A stretch of DNA of 64,000 nt from Escherichia phage vB_EcoM_G17. The position numbers and the translations under genes were made by a program. The first letter of the stretch is position 1; the number at the start of each line of letters is the position of its first letter. The DNA is taken from the sequence record MK327931.1; one strand, 5' to 3'. Below are positions 40,238-50,078 of the stretch, piece after piece. A model generated the notes under the pieces. The model saw only the letters and a list, made by a program, of their open reading frames with translations, ran no database searches and was not told the origin of the DNA.

Positions 40238-40804
40238 TTAGTATAAATCAGTAATGTCTTTGTATGCATTAATCTGTTTTTGTTGTAATGAAAGTTCATT
40301 GAGTTTAGTTACCATTTTATCTACACCAACACGTGTATAGAAAATAATAAATGAATCTAAATTGCCTAGAGTAATTCTTGAACTGAAATTTGAAAGTTTT
40401 CTTGCATAAACATAAATTTCTTCTTCACTTGGTAAACGTTTCTCAATCGGCCAGCTTTCCACACCATTCGGCTCATAATCGATTTCAAATTCAACTCCCA
40501 TCACTGTGTCTTGAATGAGATCCGTATATGAACCACCGTAAAAATACTCTCTTGGTTTGGCTCTCCAACGAGGACTAAATGGGTCAGATGCGTATTCTTT
40601 TACAAATTTGTAAAAGGACATTTTACTGAGCATATACTTCATCTCAATTAGTGCTTTGCGGTCATCATCAGTTTTAAACTCTGCTTTGAGCGATGGACTT
40701 TTACACAGTAACTTAACTAAATTGATGTACATCTTTAATGTACGTTGTTCTTTCATTTCTTTGATTTTGTGACGTTTTGGTGGCGGTAATAAAGATTTGA
40801 CCAT
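40238..40804 (-). CDS. hypothetical protein, tandem paralog 1 of 3
   Basis: Shared motif DDDRKALIEMKYMLSK; AGGAGG RBS. Confidence 0.55.
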   Translation of the reverse strand: MVKSLLPPPKRHKIKEMKEQRTLKMYINLVKLLCKSPSLKAEFKTDDDRKALIEMKYMLSKMSFYKFVKEYASDPFSPRWRAKPREYFYGGSYTDLIQDTVMGVEFEIDYEPNGVESWPIEKRLPSEEEIYVYARKLSNFSSRITLGNLDSFIIFYTRVGVDKMVTKLNELSLQQKQINAYKDITDLY

Positions 40805-40826
40805 AATTTCCTCCTATTTTTATTCA

Positions 40827-40855
40827 ATTATACACATAAAAGAAAAGCCCGTCAA
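40827..40855 (-). promoter_or_regulatory. sigma70-type promoter TTGACG-17-TATAAT driving the paralog/NTase/depolymerase operon
   Basis: Minus strand TTGACGGGCTTTTCTTTTATGTGTATAAT, then AGGAGG RBS and ATG at 40804. Confidence 0.5.
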
Positions 40856-40867
40856 TAGACGAGCTTT
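40837..40867 (-). terminator. terminator-like hairpin after tail-fibre-like gene (overlaps -35 of next promoter)
   Basis: GCTCGTCTATTGACGGGC then TTTTCTTTT on minus strand. Confidence 0.45.
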
Positions 40868-40871
40868 AAAT

Positions 40872-43601
40872 TTATTTCCAACGTGTACCTGGACCTGATG
40901 GTACACCAGTACTGGCAGGTATCGCTGAACCACGTTTCGTTGTACTTGGACGATATGTCAAAAAACGAGTTACTTTTTCTGTATCAATTGAAGTTATTCC
41001 TGAAGTTCCAGTAACTATCTTACCAATGTAAGTGCTAGTTAAAGATTCATCAATTGTTTCAGTACTAATAACATATGACGCTTTCTTAGTATTCCTGTTC
41101 ATTTGTATATACAAATAGAACGTAGTATTAGCTGGGTTACTTTTTACAGTACTTAAATCAACACTTTGTATAGGTAGTCTGTCGAAAATTCCACCTAAAA
41201 ACACCGGAACTTCACGTGTAAAGTACACTGAGAATCCTTGTGCAACGTCTTGTGATACTACCACAATCTTTTCTTTAACGCTACCATTTCCACTAATTAA
41301 ACCATCCATTTCAGCAGATGTTGTACCAAAAACGCTGAATACAGATTTGGTTTGATAGTCAGAATCTTGAAAATTGTAATATCCAAAACCAACACCAGGA
41401 ATAACACCATGTTGATATGCTGCACCAAGTTGGATGTAACTAGATGATAAAAAACGATTTGATGTTATGACACCATCTACTGTTTTAGCTATCATCATCT
41501 TAAATTGTGCATTACCTGGTTGTGAAAATTGATGAACAGCATCAACACCAATGTAACCAAATCCTGAATATTTTGCAACTGTTAGACCAGTACAACGTTT
41601 CATATATGCTTCAGTAATAATTCCTGTAACAGAACTAAGTGTCTCATATCTAGTACTTACCAATGTAGCTGAAGTTATGTTAGATCCAGATAATACAACA
41701 TCAACTTCGGCATAGATTGCATAACCTTGGTTATTGTTAAGATTATATGCTGAAACTACTGCAATGGATTTAGAAAAAGTATTATCAGGTACATAATATA
41801 ATACAATTTGTCCAGATAGTGTACCAACAATGCCAGAGTTTCCTAGATTAGCAAAAATATCTTGTTTTAATGATTCTAATACCGTTGGTTCTATTGTATA
41901 TGTTTCATCAAATTCTAAAGTATCTGGGTTTAATAATCCACCACTTGTTTTATATACACCTTCAATGAATGATGTTCCATAACATCTAACACTACCATCG
42001 GTATCAACAAGAGAAATCATAGCAGTGTATGTAAAATCATCACCTATTTGTTTACGATTAGATTGTGGTGCAAAACCATTTAATGTAGTATTATTTTGAA
42101 CTGAGTTATATTGATATGTTGGTTGTGAGCCTATTTCAGAAAAAACAGTATTATTATAATTATATGTTACATCATCATACGTACCAGAACATGCTAATAA
42201 TATTTTTCTATTATCGATGAAACGTACACCTAATAGGTTTGCACCAACAGCACTACCAAAAACTGGTAAAACGTTTGCATTTATAACGTTACTTGCGGAT
42301 CTAGTACTAGCAACCCATGAATCAAACGGTGTACCACTAACCTTATATCGTTGTAGACCATAAAATTCAGTTGAACTCCATCTAAATTTAGATGCAAATA
42401 CTAAACCATCTTTGGTTTGACATAAACCACCTGCGTTTCCTAATACACCAGCAGCAGTTGTCCCAGTAAAGTTGACCATATTGATTTCAAATGGGTTAGA
42501 AACTTGAAATCCATTATCATATGAAACTGTAGCAGGAGCACGAGCAGAACCATCTAGTGACATAGATTTTGAGTTTATATTATAAACAAAACTGATACCA
42601 GTACCATACACTGTTGAAATATATAAAGGTGTAACCATTCTATGGGTTGGGTATAAAGTTACACGTATTTTGGATAAATCAGTACTAACGTTTGCTTGTA
42701 TATTAAAGTCTGTATAATCCGAAAATTCTACACGTGAGACTGGTGATGTAACTTCGAATAATGAATCCGAGCTAGTACCAACACTATATAATCTATCAAA
42801 CACTCTTATGTTATTAGATGCAGAATAACTTGTATTTCGAACAGTTTGCCCTGATAATCCAGTAACTTTTGTTAATGATGCCATTGAGCTTGCTTTCACA
42901 TCACTTAGCTCTACTGTATAAATTGAAAGTGCTAATCCTAAATTAGAAACACTTTTATCTTTACACCAAATATATACTTTTGTTCCAACAATATGAGTAT
43001 ATATAGGCATATCATTACCAAAAGAAGTACTTGGTACTTTAGCATGAATATGTGATACTTCGTTGAATGTACCATTAGTTATAGTAAAAATATAATTATC
43101 TTCTGTACTTAAACATCCAAGCATTTCATAACCATTAGAGCCAATAAAATACTTAATATTCTCTGTACTACTCATAATTGAAGGTTTATACATTGAATTG
43201 GTTGAAATAACACTTTCTTGTGAAATCATGGTTATATTTCTGATTTCTCGTATAAATGAATAATAAAAACCTTTAGTACTACCATTGGTTCCGCTACGCA
43301 GAACAACGGCGGTTCCATCATCTTCAATAATTGTTGGCTGAACTACTTGGTCACTTGACATAGGTGTAGCACCTTCATACGACCCACTTACGTTTAATGG
43401 CAAGTAATCCATTTCTCCTACACGTGATATAGGCAACATATCTAAAATACTTTGAACTTCTGAACGCTTATATATTGGATATTGAACAATTCCAGTATTG
43501 GCATTCGGTGAGGTTCCATTAAAAGTACGCATAGCGTACCTTTGTCCAATTGCCAAGTTCCCAAGGATCTCGGCACTTCCTATAATTCGTTTTGATGACA
43601 T
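40872..43601 (-). CDS. large tail-fibre-like structural protein (about 909 aa from ATG at 43601), paralog of 44217..46913
   Basis: S/T/N/G-rich; N-terminal and C-terminal regions paralogous to 898-aa gene; start chosen by paralog alignment (ORF extends to 43691). Confidence 0.55.
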   Translation of the reverse strand: MSSKRIIGSAEILGNLAIGQRYAMRTFNGTSPNANTGIVQYPIYKRSEVQSILDMLPISRVGEMDYLPLNVSGSYEGATPMSSDQVVQPTIIEDDGTAVVLRSGTNGSTKGFYYSFIREIRNITMISQESVISTNSMYKPSIMSSTENIKYFIGSNGYEMLGCLSTEDNYIFTITNGTFNEVSHIHAKVPSTSFGNDMPIYTHIVGTKVYIWCKDKSVSNLGLALSIYTVELSDVKASSMASLTKVTGLSGQTVRNTSYSASNNIRVFDRLYSVGTSSDSLFEVTSPVSRVEFSDYTDFNIQANVSTDLSKIRVTLYPTHRMVTPLYISTVYGTGISFVYNINSKSMSLDGSARAPATVSYDNGFQVSNPFEINMVNFTGTTAAGVLGNAGGLCQTKDGLVFASKFRWSSTEFYGLQRYKVSGTPFDSWVASTRSASNVINANVLPVFGSAVGANLLGVRFIDNRKILLACSGTYDDVTYNYNNTVFSEIGSQPTYQYNSVQNNTTLNGFAPQSNRKQIGDDFTYTAMISLVDTDGSVRCYGTSFIEGVYKTSGGLLNPDTLEFDETYTIEPTVLESLKQDIFANLGNSGIVGTLSGQIVLYYVPDNTFSKSIAVVSAYNLNNNQGYAIYAEVDVVLSGSNITSATLVSTRYETLSSVTGIITEAYMKRCTGLTVAKYSGFGYIGVDAVHQFSQPGNAQFKMMIAKTVDGVITSNRFLSSSYIQLGAAYQHGVIPGVGFGYYNFQDSDYQTKSVFSVFGTTSAEMDGLISGNGSVKEKIVVVSQDVAQGFSVYFTREVPVFLGGIFDRLPIQSVDLSTVKSNPANTTFYLYIQMNRNTKKASYVISTETIDESLTSTYIGKIVTGTSGITSIDTEKVTRFLTYRPSTTKRGSAIPASTGVPSGPGTRWK

Positions 43602-43617
43602 CTTTCTTTTCCTTAAT

Positions 43618-44205
43618 TTACCAACCAATTGTACCAGTTTCTGATGGTTTTCCAGTACTGACTGGGAATGAAGAACCTTTTTGTGTAACACTAGGTCTAT
43701 ATGTACTAAATCTGGATACTTTATTAATGTTTATATTTGTAATACCACTTGTACCAACGGTCAGTGTTCCAATAAACATTATAATTTCAGATTCTTGTAT
43801 TTGTGTTGGTGATATTTTATAAATTGGTTCACCGAGAACTAACGTTGCATATACATATTGTGTTTGTGTTCCAGATGAAACAGTTGAAGCAAAAATAGAA
43901 ACTGCTGGAAATTTATAAAGATAACCACCAATAAATGATGGTATCTGTCTATTAAATGTAAGACTATAGCCTGATGAAGTAATATTTAGACTAGCGTCAT
44001 CATACAATTCTCCGTATTGTGTAAGTGGTAATCCATTGACAATAAAGTTAACTTCATCTTTGGTAATAGAGGGGAATGTACATTCCCCATTTGAATTTGT
44101 TGGGTAATAAGTCATATTATTACCTAATACACCAAGTCCAGTACTTTTACCCTGTACTGTAACTTGTTGCATTGCCTTAAGGTCTGCTCTTATTTTAAAT
44201 GCCAT
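43618..44205 (-). CDS. small structural protein carrying the shared C-terminal module alone (195 aa)
   Basis: C-terminus TVGTSGITNININKVSRFSTYRPSVTQKGSSFPVSTGKPSETGTIGW matches C-termini of both flanking large proteins. Confidence 0.55.
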   Translation of the reverse strand: MAFKIRADLKAMQQVTVQGKSTGLGVLGNNMTYYPTNSNGECTFPSITKDEVNFIVNGLPLTQYGELYDDASLNITSSGYSLTFNRQIPSFIGGYLYKFPAVSIFASTVSSGTQTQYVYATLVLGEPIYKISPTQIQESEIIMFIGTLTVGTSGITNININKVSRFSTYRPSVTQKGSSFPVSTGKPSETGTIGW

Positions 44206-44216
44206 TATGTAATCCT

Positions 44217-46913
44217 TTACCAGTTTATGGTTCCTGTTTGTGATGGTAGACCGTAGCTAACTGGGAACGATGAACCTGCTGATTCAAGTGAAGCACCAAA
44301 TATATCTAAACGTGAACGTTTTTGTATATTAATAGTTTCGATTTGAATTGCGTTAGTTTGAATAGTACCTATCCAAAAAATATTATATGCAGTTGTTCCT
44401 GTTTCGGAAATAACATCAGTAGTTATGTAGTAGTTTGCCAACCCTTGTTCTAATTTAACATATACATAAAATGTTGTATTTGCTGGATTAGATTTTATAG
44501 TTCTCAAATCAATATTTGAAACTGGTAGTGTAAAAGACTTACCTGATAGTATAACTGGTGTTTCCTCTGTAAAATAAACAATAAACCCTTGAGCAACGTC
44601 TTGTGATACTACGTTAATTGGGCTACCTTGTGGAGTCCAGTTATTATAGTCGGCTATCGTTGTTCCATATTTTTGAAATGACATTTTATTTGTATAATCC
44701 AGTGGATCAAAAATACCAAATCCAATACCAGGCAACGCAGTGGGTTGTCTTCCTTGTTCATAACTGGCATGAGAACCAGTAATAACAAAACTTGTAAATT
44801 GTGCAGTTGATTTAGTTACATATGCTCTAAATTGATGAGTTGCTGTATTTCCTATTGTTGGATGTGTTAATGGGTCAGAACCACCAATGAAGTAGAATGA
44901 ACCACCATCATAAATTGTTAACCCAACAGAAGAAGATGCAATCGAACCATTACCATTAGGTGTAAAGTTTTCACCATATGTATTTTCTAGTACTAAACGC
45001 TTAAAGGTAATAGATGTTATATTTCCAACTCTAGTATTAACGTTAACTTCAGCAATTCTAATATAGTTTTTATAGTCATTTGTTATAGTACTCAACATAA
45101 CAAAAGCCGGAATGTCAGTTTGTTGTGGAACAAATAATGTCATATCACGATAAGCTTGTGAAGATAAGTTCCAGTCACTTAGAACTTTAGCATATTCTGT
45201 ATTTCTAAAGTTATCTAGAACTGATTGTGTAACACTAATAACACCAGTACCATTTAAGTTTTTATCATATGAAAATGATTGTGAATAACGTTGACCAACC
45301 ATAAAAATACCGCCATTAGTTGTTACAGTTGAACCTGAAATACTACTAATGAAAATTCTATTATTGGCATTATCATCTACATAACCACGTTCAGTTGTAG
45401 GTTCATAACCTTGTATGGTTCCTAAAGATAATGATTTAAATGTAAAATTAGGAGTACTTTTATGAACTGCATATGATGGTCTAAACCCACCACTACCAGA
45501 CGCACGTGAATATTGTTTAGTACTATTATCTGGTAACAACTCCACACCATTAATAAATGAACCAACTGCTGAACCAAAGGATGGTCTAACAACTCCACCT
45601 TTAAAATCAGTTGATTGTACTGCACGAACGTTAATCATACTATAAACAATTTGTATAGGAAACTTTGCTTTTTGCATAAGTAATGGTTCTGCTAAGTTTG
45701 GACACACAGTACAAAAAGCTTCACCTGAACTTAAGTAAAAATAAGAACTATAAATGTTTCTTGCATTAGCATGATTATATAATGGATCATTATTTAAAAC
45801 GTTACCTGTAGGCACTAATGCAGAACCAGTATTGGTTATAACCAATGGTGCTTGATATGAACCTATGTCATTCCCAGCGTCTAGGGTGCATTGTTTAGTA
45901 CTCATATTAAATGCAAAGCTGTAGCTATGTTGTGGTCGGGCATTATATGTCGCCATTGTAAACCATGCATCACCATTCATTCTAAAACGAAAGTTCTGTG
46001 TTCCTGGTTGCTGTGCAACATACAAATCAATGGATGTCATATAAATCCCAATACCACGTAGGTTTTGTGGTACATACACATAAGGCTTATCTGCTATATT
46101 AGTTGAAGTTACTTGATTAGTAATAACCATGTTATTCTGTGCAGAATAAGTTGTATTATAGAATGTTTTTGTAGTCCATCCTGTAATACGAGTTGCCGTA
46201 TATGTTCCATTGCTAATATTATATACAACTCGGACAACAACTAACTGTAGTTGGTTATTTTCATTAAGAACACTAAAGACATAGATTGAACCATCTTCAG
46301 CCATCATTGCAAATTCTATACCACCTTCAGGGCAAATATCTGCTTGATTTACAAAAAAACCAGTATGTAATTTATCATCTAATGTACCATTAGTAATAGA
46401 AATAAACAATCCATTAGTACTGTTAGAAGTGTCTACATATCTACCGAGTAAAATATTTGGATCAGTATTGTATAAGCCAATTGCGACGCGATTTGAACCG
46501 AAAAAACCAGGCTTGTATTGACGACTGGTGTTAATTGTACGGCTCATGTCATCAACTGATAATGCGTTAGCCAAATATGAATAATATAATCCCTCAACAC
46601 TACCGTTTGTACCACTACGTAATAATACGAGTGTACCATCGTTTTCTAATAAAATTTTATTTCTACGTTGGGACTGGTTTTCAGATGCACCATTGAAATC
46701 ACCAGATACACCAGCAGGAAGATAGTTTTGTGACCCATAATGGGAAATTGGCATCATACTGACGATATCTAGTACTTCATCTCTTGAATAAGTATCTAGC
46801 TCCATATTGCCATTAGCATCAAATACTTGATCATTGATACCTTGTATTGTTCTTTTACCATTAACTGTCACATTATGTGTGACATCCAAGCCACCATATA
46901 TTTTCTTTGACAT
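44217..46913 (-). CDS. large tail-fibre-like structural protein (898 aa), paralog of 40872..43601
   Basis: Shared segments VVSQDVAQGF, TIKSNPANTTFY, PISHYG..YLP; TATAAATA motif upstream. Confidence 0.55.
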   Translation of the reverse strand: MSKKIYGGLDVTHNVTVNGKRTIQGINDQVFDANGNMELDTYSRDEVLDIVSMMPISHYGSQNYLPAGVSGDFNGASENQSQRRNKILLENDGTLVLLRSGTNGSVEGLYYSYLANALSVDDMSRTINTSRQYKPGFFGSNRVAIGLYNTDPNILLGRYVDTSNSTNGLFISITNGTLDDKLHTGFFVNQADICPEGGIEFAMMAEDGSIYVFSVLNENNQLQLVVVRVVYNISNGTYTATRITGWTTKTFYNTTYSAQNNMVITNQVTSTNIADKPYVYVPQNLRGIGIYMTSIDLYVAQQPGTQNFRFRMNGDAWFTMATYNARPQHSYSFAFNMSTKQCTLDAGNDIGSYQAPLVITNTGSALVPTGNVLNNDPLYNHANARNIYSSYFYLSSGEAFCTVCPNLAEPLLMQKAKFPIQIVYSMINVRAVQSTDFKGGVVRPSFGSAVGSFINGVELLPDNSTKQYSRASGSGGFRPSYAVHKSTPNFTFKSLSLGTIQGYEPTTERGYVDDNANNRIFISSISGSTVTTNGGIFMVGQRYSQSFSYDKNLNGTGVISVTQSVLDNFRNTEYAKVLSDWNLSSQAYRDMTLFVPQQTDIPAFVMLSTITNDYKNYIRIAEVNVNTRVGNITSITFKRLVLENTYGENFTPNGNGSIASSSVGLTIYDGGSFYFIGGSDPLTHPTIGNTATHQFRAYVTKSTAQFTSFVITGSHASYEQGRQPTALPGIGFGIFDPLDYTNKMSFQKYGTTIADYNNWTPQGSPINVVSQDVAQGFIVYFTEETPVILSGKSFTLPVSNIDLRTIKSNPANTTFYVYVKLEQGLANYYITTDVISETGTTAYNIFWIGTIQTNAIQIETINIQKRSRLDIFGASLESAGSSFPVSYGLPSQTGTINW

Positions 46914-46947
46914 TATATATCCCTTATAAATTAGATATTAGTTAATG

Positions 46948-46955
46948 TATTTATA
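46948..46955 (-). promoter_or_regulatory. T4-type late promoter motif TATAAATA
   Basis: Exact TATAAATA on minus strand about 35 nt upstream of tail-fibre-like gene start. Confidence 0.4.
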
Positions 46956-46962
46956 TACATAA

Positions 46963-46986
46963 CAAAAAAGCACCCAATGGGTGCTT
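46963..46986 (-). terminator. rho-independent terminator after nrdG
   Basis: Hairpin AGCACCC-ATT-GGGTGCT followed by TTTTTTG on minus strand. Confidence 0.6.
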
Positions 46987-46989
46987 ATG

Positions 46990-47460
46990 TTAAAAATCTT
47001 TATTTTTATATAGTATTCTTTGATTATTTGAACCACGGAAAGGTAATTTTAAATTCTTTTCGGACTCGATAAACTTACCATCAACTAATACATCTAAGTA
47101 CTGAAGTATATCTTTAGCATGATTTTTCATAATCTCATCTAAAGTATACCCACTCCAGCACCAAATAGTTTTACTAGGATAAGTTTCTTTAACTACTTTG
47201 CATAGATTTAAAACTTCATCTATATTCTTTTTCATTAATGGATCGCCGCCTAGAAGTGACAAACCACTAACATATGGTTTTTTTAGTTCCTGTAGTATAA
47301 TCTCAACTGTTTCAGTACTGAACTCTTGTCCACTTCGGTAGTCCCATGCTTCTTCATTGAAGCAACCATCACATCCGTGCGAACACCCACTAACAAATAA
47401 AGAGCAGCGAACGCCCTCTCCATTTACTAAATCATCCTTGATTATCGTCTGGTAATTCAT
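46990..47460 (-). CDS. nrdG: anaerobic ribonucleotide reductase activating protein (radical SAM)
   Basis: Radical SAM cluster motif CSHGCDGC; 156 aa; adjacent to nrdD. Confidence 0.85.
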   Translation of the reverse strand: MNYQTIIKDDLVNGEGVRCSLFVSGCSHGCDGCFNEEAWDYRSGQEFSTETVEIILQELKKPYVSGLSLLGGDPLMKKNIDEVLNLCKVVKETYPSKTIWCWSGYTLDEIMKNHAKDILQYLDVLVDGKFIESEKNLKLPFRGSNNQRILYKNKDF

Positions 47461-47764
47461 CTAATATTGCACTCACTATTTCGACAAGAACATCGCCGTG
47501 ACATGATTTTGGTTTACAGAAACAACCAAGGCGTTTCCCTGCGAGTTCAAGTAATTCATCAATCTTAACTTCTCCACAAGAAATACGTTCAATAATGTAT
47601 TCTCTGAATTTTTCAATTGATTCTTCTCTTGTACTAACAATGAATTCGGCTTTAGTTTGTTTATCTTTAATATGGGTAAATGGGTTTCCCCATTTAGACC
47701 CACGTCCAATATACACATCATACGGTTCTTTGTATTTGTTAACCACAATTGGCTTTAAATCCAT
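47432..47764 (-). CDS. DUF4326-like protein (110 aa)
   Basis: YIGRGSKWGNPF and LGCFCKPKSCHGDVL motifs as recalled for DUF4326. Confidence 0.55.
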   Translation of the reverse strand: MDLKPIVVNKYKEPYDVYIGRGSKWGNPFTHIKDKQTKAEFIVSTREESIEKFREYIIERISCGEVKIDELLELAGKRLGCFCKPKSCHGDVLVEIVSAILDELPDDNQG

Positions 47765-47772
47765 AATTTACC

Positions 47773-49578
47773 TTATTTGTGCTGAATACGCTCACAACAC
47801 TCTTGTTGTTTGCCTTTATTGAATCCACGCGAAGAAGGATTACCCAAGTAACCAGAAACACGACGAATCACTGAGATTGTCTTCTCATTACGATTATCAC
47901 ATACCGGACAGTGGAAACCATGTTTATCTACACTGAACTCACCCTGGAAGCCACATTCATAACAATGGTCAACTGGTTGGTTAATACCAAAATATGGTAT
48001 CTTAGTGTACGCATAGTTAACTAATGTTTCAAGTGCTTGAATGTTGTTTGCTAAGTTTGGAGATTCAACATAACTGATGTTTCCACCGTTACTTAGGTAA
48101 GCAAACCCTTCTTCATAACTCCATTTATCAAATGGAGAACTTTCTACCCATACTGGTTGATGGAAGGAATTTGTGATGTAATCACGTTTTAGTACTGAAG
48201 GATATTTTGCTTCAATGCAACGTGCAAATTTATAACAAAGCGACTCTGCTGGAGTTCCATATAGACTAAAAGCAATATTACTTTCTTTTTTGAACTCATC
48301 ACATTTTACTTTCATATAATTCAGTACTGACATACAAAACTCCTTACTGATAGAACCAGTGAGGATTTCTGAACATTCAACAAGACCAACATAACCAATA
48401 CTAATACTAGCATAACCATTGTAAAATAGCTTGTCAATGGTTTCTTCTGCACCTAAACGTGCTAATGCACCTTCCATGAACAAAATTGGATTCTGCTTCG
48501 CTTTAGTGCCTTTTAAACGCTCCACACGGTTCATCTGAGCACGATATGCAATATTCATGTGCTCGTCTATCTTATCAAAAAACTCTCCATCAGAAGCACT
48601 CTCAAGAGCAATTAGAGGTAAATTGATAGAAACTACGCCTAAATTGAAACGACCGTTGTATTGTTCATTTCCATTTGAATCTTCCCATTTTCCTAAGAAT
48701 GAACGACAGCCCATCGGTGTTACAGCAGTACTACTACTTCCAGTCACTTTGTGATTTAATGGAACTGAAACAAAGTCTGGGTAGATTCGTTTTGATGCAC
48801 AACGCATAGCTAACTGTTTAAGGTCATAATTACTATCATTGGTATTCATGTTTATACCATCTTGTAAAAAGAAAATTACTTTAGGAAACACTGGAGTAAT
48901 CTTATCTTTACCTAAACCATTCTCATGAACTTTTAAGTACTGTTCAGTGATTAATTTACCAAATTTAGAAGTATTAAGCCCTAAACTAAGAGAAATGAAT
49001 GCAGCTTGTCCATTAGTGCTAATCATTGAATTAGTCTGGTAAAGTAATGTTTGACATCCATCGTATACTTCTTTTCGTAATTCTTCTTCAATGAACTCAT
49101 CACTTAGATTATATTTCTTTTGTTTTTCTAACAGCTTATCCCATGACTTTTGGACGTAAGGTTCAAGACCAACGTCAATATGAGCCAACGATTGTCCACC
49201 GTACTGGGAACTGGCAACAGCTTGGACAATTTGTGTCAGTACTGTGCAAGCTACACTGAAACTTTTTGGTTCTTCAATTTTAGCACAACCAATAGTGAAG
49301 CCGTTTTTAAGCATATCAGGATAGTTAACCAAGCAACAATTGGTCAATGGGCTAATATAGTAATCTAAATCATGAATATGACCATATCCATCATTATGCC
49401 ATTGCATTAACTCGGTGGGAATAACATCTTGTGAATAATGCTTAGATAGAATACCTGCTAGTAAATCTCTATGTGTATTGACGCATTTTGCATCTTTATT
49501 AGCGTTTTCATTAGTAAGATCAGTATTACTCTGATTTAGGAAATTTGTTACATCGGTATATAATTTATCTAATTGCAT
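47773..49578 (-). CDS. nrdD: anaerobic ribonucleoside-triphosphate reductase (class III)
   Basis: C-terminal glycyl-radical motif RRVSGYLG with Cys cluster; N-terminal NENANKD..RDLLAGILSKHY matches T4 NrdD; start set at ATG 49578 after AGGAA (ORF extends to 49641). Confidence 0.9.
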   Translation of the reverse strand: MQLDKLYTDVTNFLNQSNTDLTNENANKDAKCVNTHRDLLAGILSKHYSQDVIPTELMQWHNDGYGHIHDLDYYISPLTNCCLVNYPDMLKNGFTIGCAKIEEPKSFSVACTVLTQIVQAVASSQYGGQSLAHIDVGLEPYVQKSWDKLLEKQKKYNLSDEFIEEELRKEVYDGCQTLLYQTNSMISTNGQAAFISLSLGLNTSKFGKLITEQYLKVHENGLGKDKITPVFPKVIFFLQDGINMNTNDSNYDLKQLAMRCASKRIYPDFVSVPLNHKVTGSSSTAVTPMGCRSFLGKWEDSNGNEQYNGRFNLGVVSINLPLIALESASDGEFFDKIDEHMNIAYRAQMNRVERLKGTKAKQNPILFMEGALARLGAEETIDKLFYNGYASISIGYVGLVECSEILTGSISKEFCMSVLNYMKVKCDEFKKESNIAFSLYGTPAESLCYKFARCIEAKYPSVLKRDYITNSFHQPVWVESSPFDKWSYEEGFAYLSNGGNISYVESPNLANNIQALETLVNYAYTKIPYFGINQPVDHCYECGFQGEFSVDKHGFHCPVCDNRNEKTISVIRRVSGYLGNPSSRGFNKGKQQECCERIQHK

Positions 49579-49713
49579 TGTACATTCCTTGTATTTTGAA
49601 ATCATCTGGGGGTGAAGATATTTAATATCACCAGACAACATTATAGCGTCAGAACAGGTTATTTCTCTTGACCTATATCAAGGAAAAGTCACATTGCTTT
49701 TTATTTGCACAAA

Positions 49714-49738
49714 TAGAAAAAGCACCACAAGGGTGCTT
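49714..49738 (-). terminator. terminator-like hairpin plus T-run
   Basis: AGCACCC-TTGTG-GTGCT then TTTTTC on minus strand. Confidence 0.5.
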
Positions 49739-49841
49739 TTAAAGTACTGCTAATATAACAACTGCCCAAATTAGCAGTAATACATTGGTTGGTGCGGAAA
49801 AAAGCATATATGCAGCAAGTGCACTGCAACCTATGACAAGT

Positions 49842-50078
49842 TTAGCTAGTCTCATCTGGACTCCATGTAATAGTTACTGTGAACGTCCCTTCTTGAAAAC
49901 CAAACTCATCTTGTGGGATTTGTTCAGCTAATGGGTTAAATCTTGAATCGAAGGCTTCATGCACATCTCTCTGAATATCATAGAGACTTTCACCATCGTA
50001 TTCTTTTTTAAAGATTTCATTCTGCATTGATACGTAACGACCCTCGTATTCTGTCTGGATAGCCATCAAATAGTTCAA
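49842..50078 (-). CDS. hypothetical protein (start uncertain)
   Basis: ORF overlapping upstream ORF end; in-frame ATGs at 50066 and 50027. Confidence 0.4.
   Translation of the reverse strand: MNYLMAIQTEYEGRYVSMQNEIFKKEYDGESLYDIQRDVHEAFDSRFNPLAEQIPQDEFGFQEGTFTVTITWSPDETS

Noticed and set aside
47476-47748. Alternative-frame minus-strand ORF inside the DUF4326-like gene
   Set aside because: The frame carrying the conserved GNPF and CxC motifs is 47432..47764; the other frame has no recognisable features.
49579-49641. N-terminal 21 codons of the longest nrdD ORF
   Set aside because: Alignment with the T4 NrdD N-terminus and an AGGAA RBS favour the internal ATG at 49578; the upstream extension lacks an RBS.
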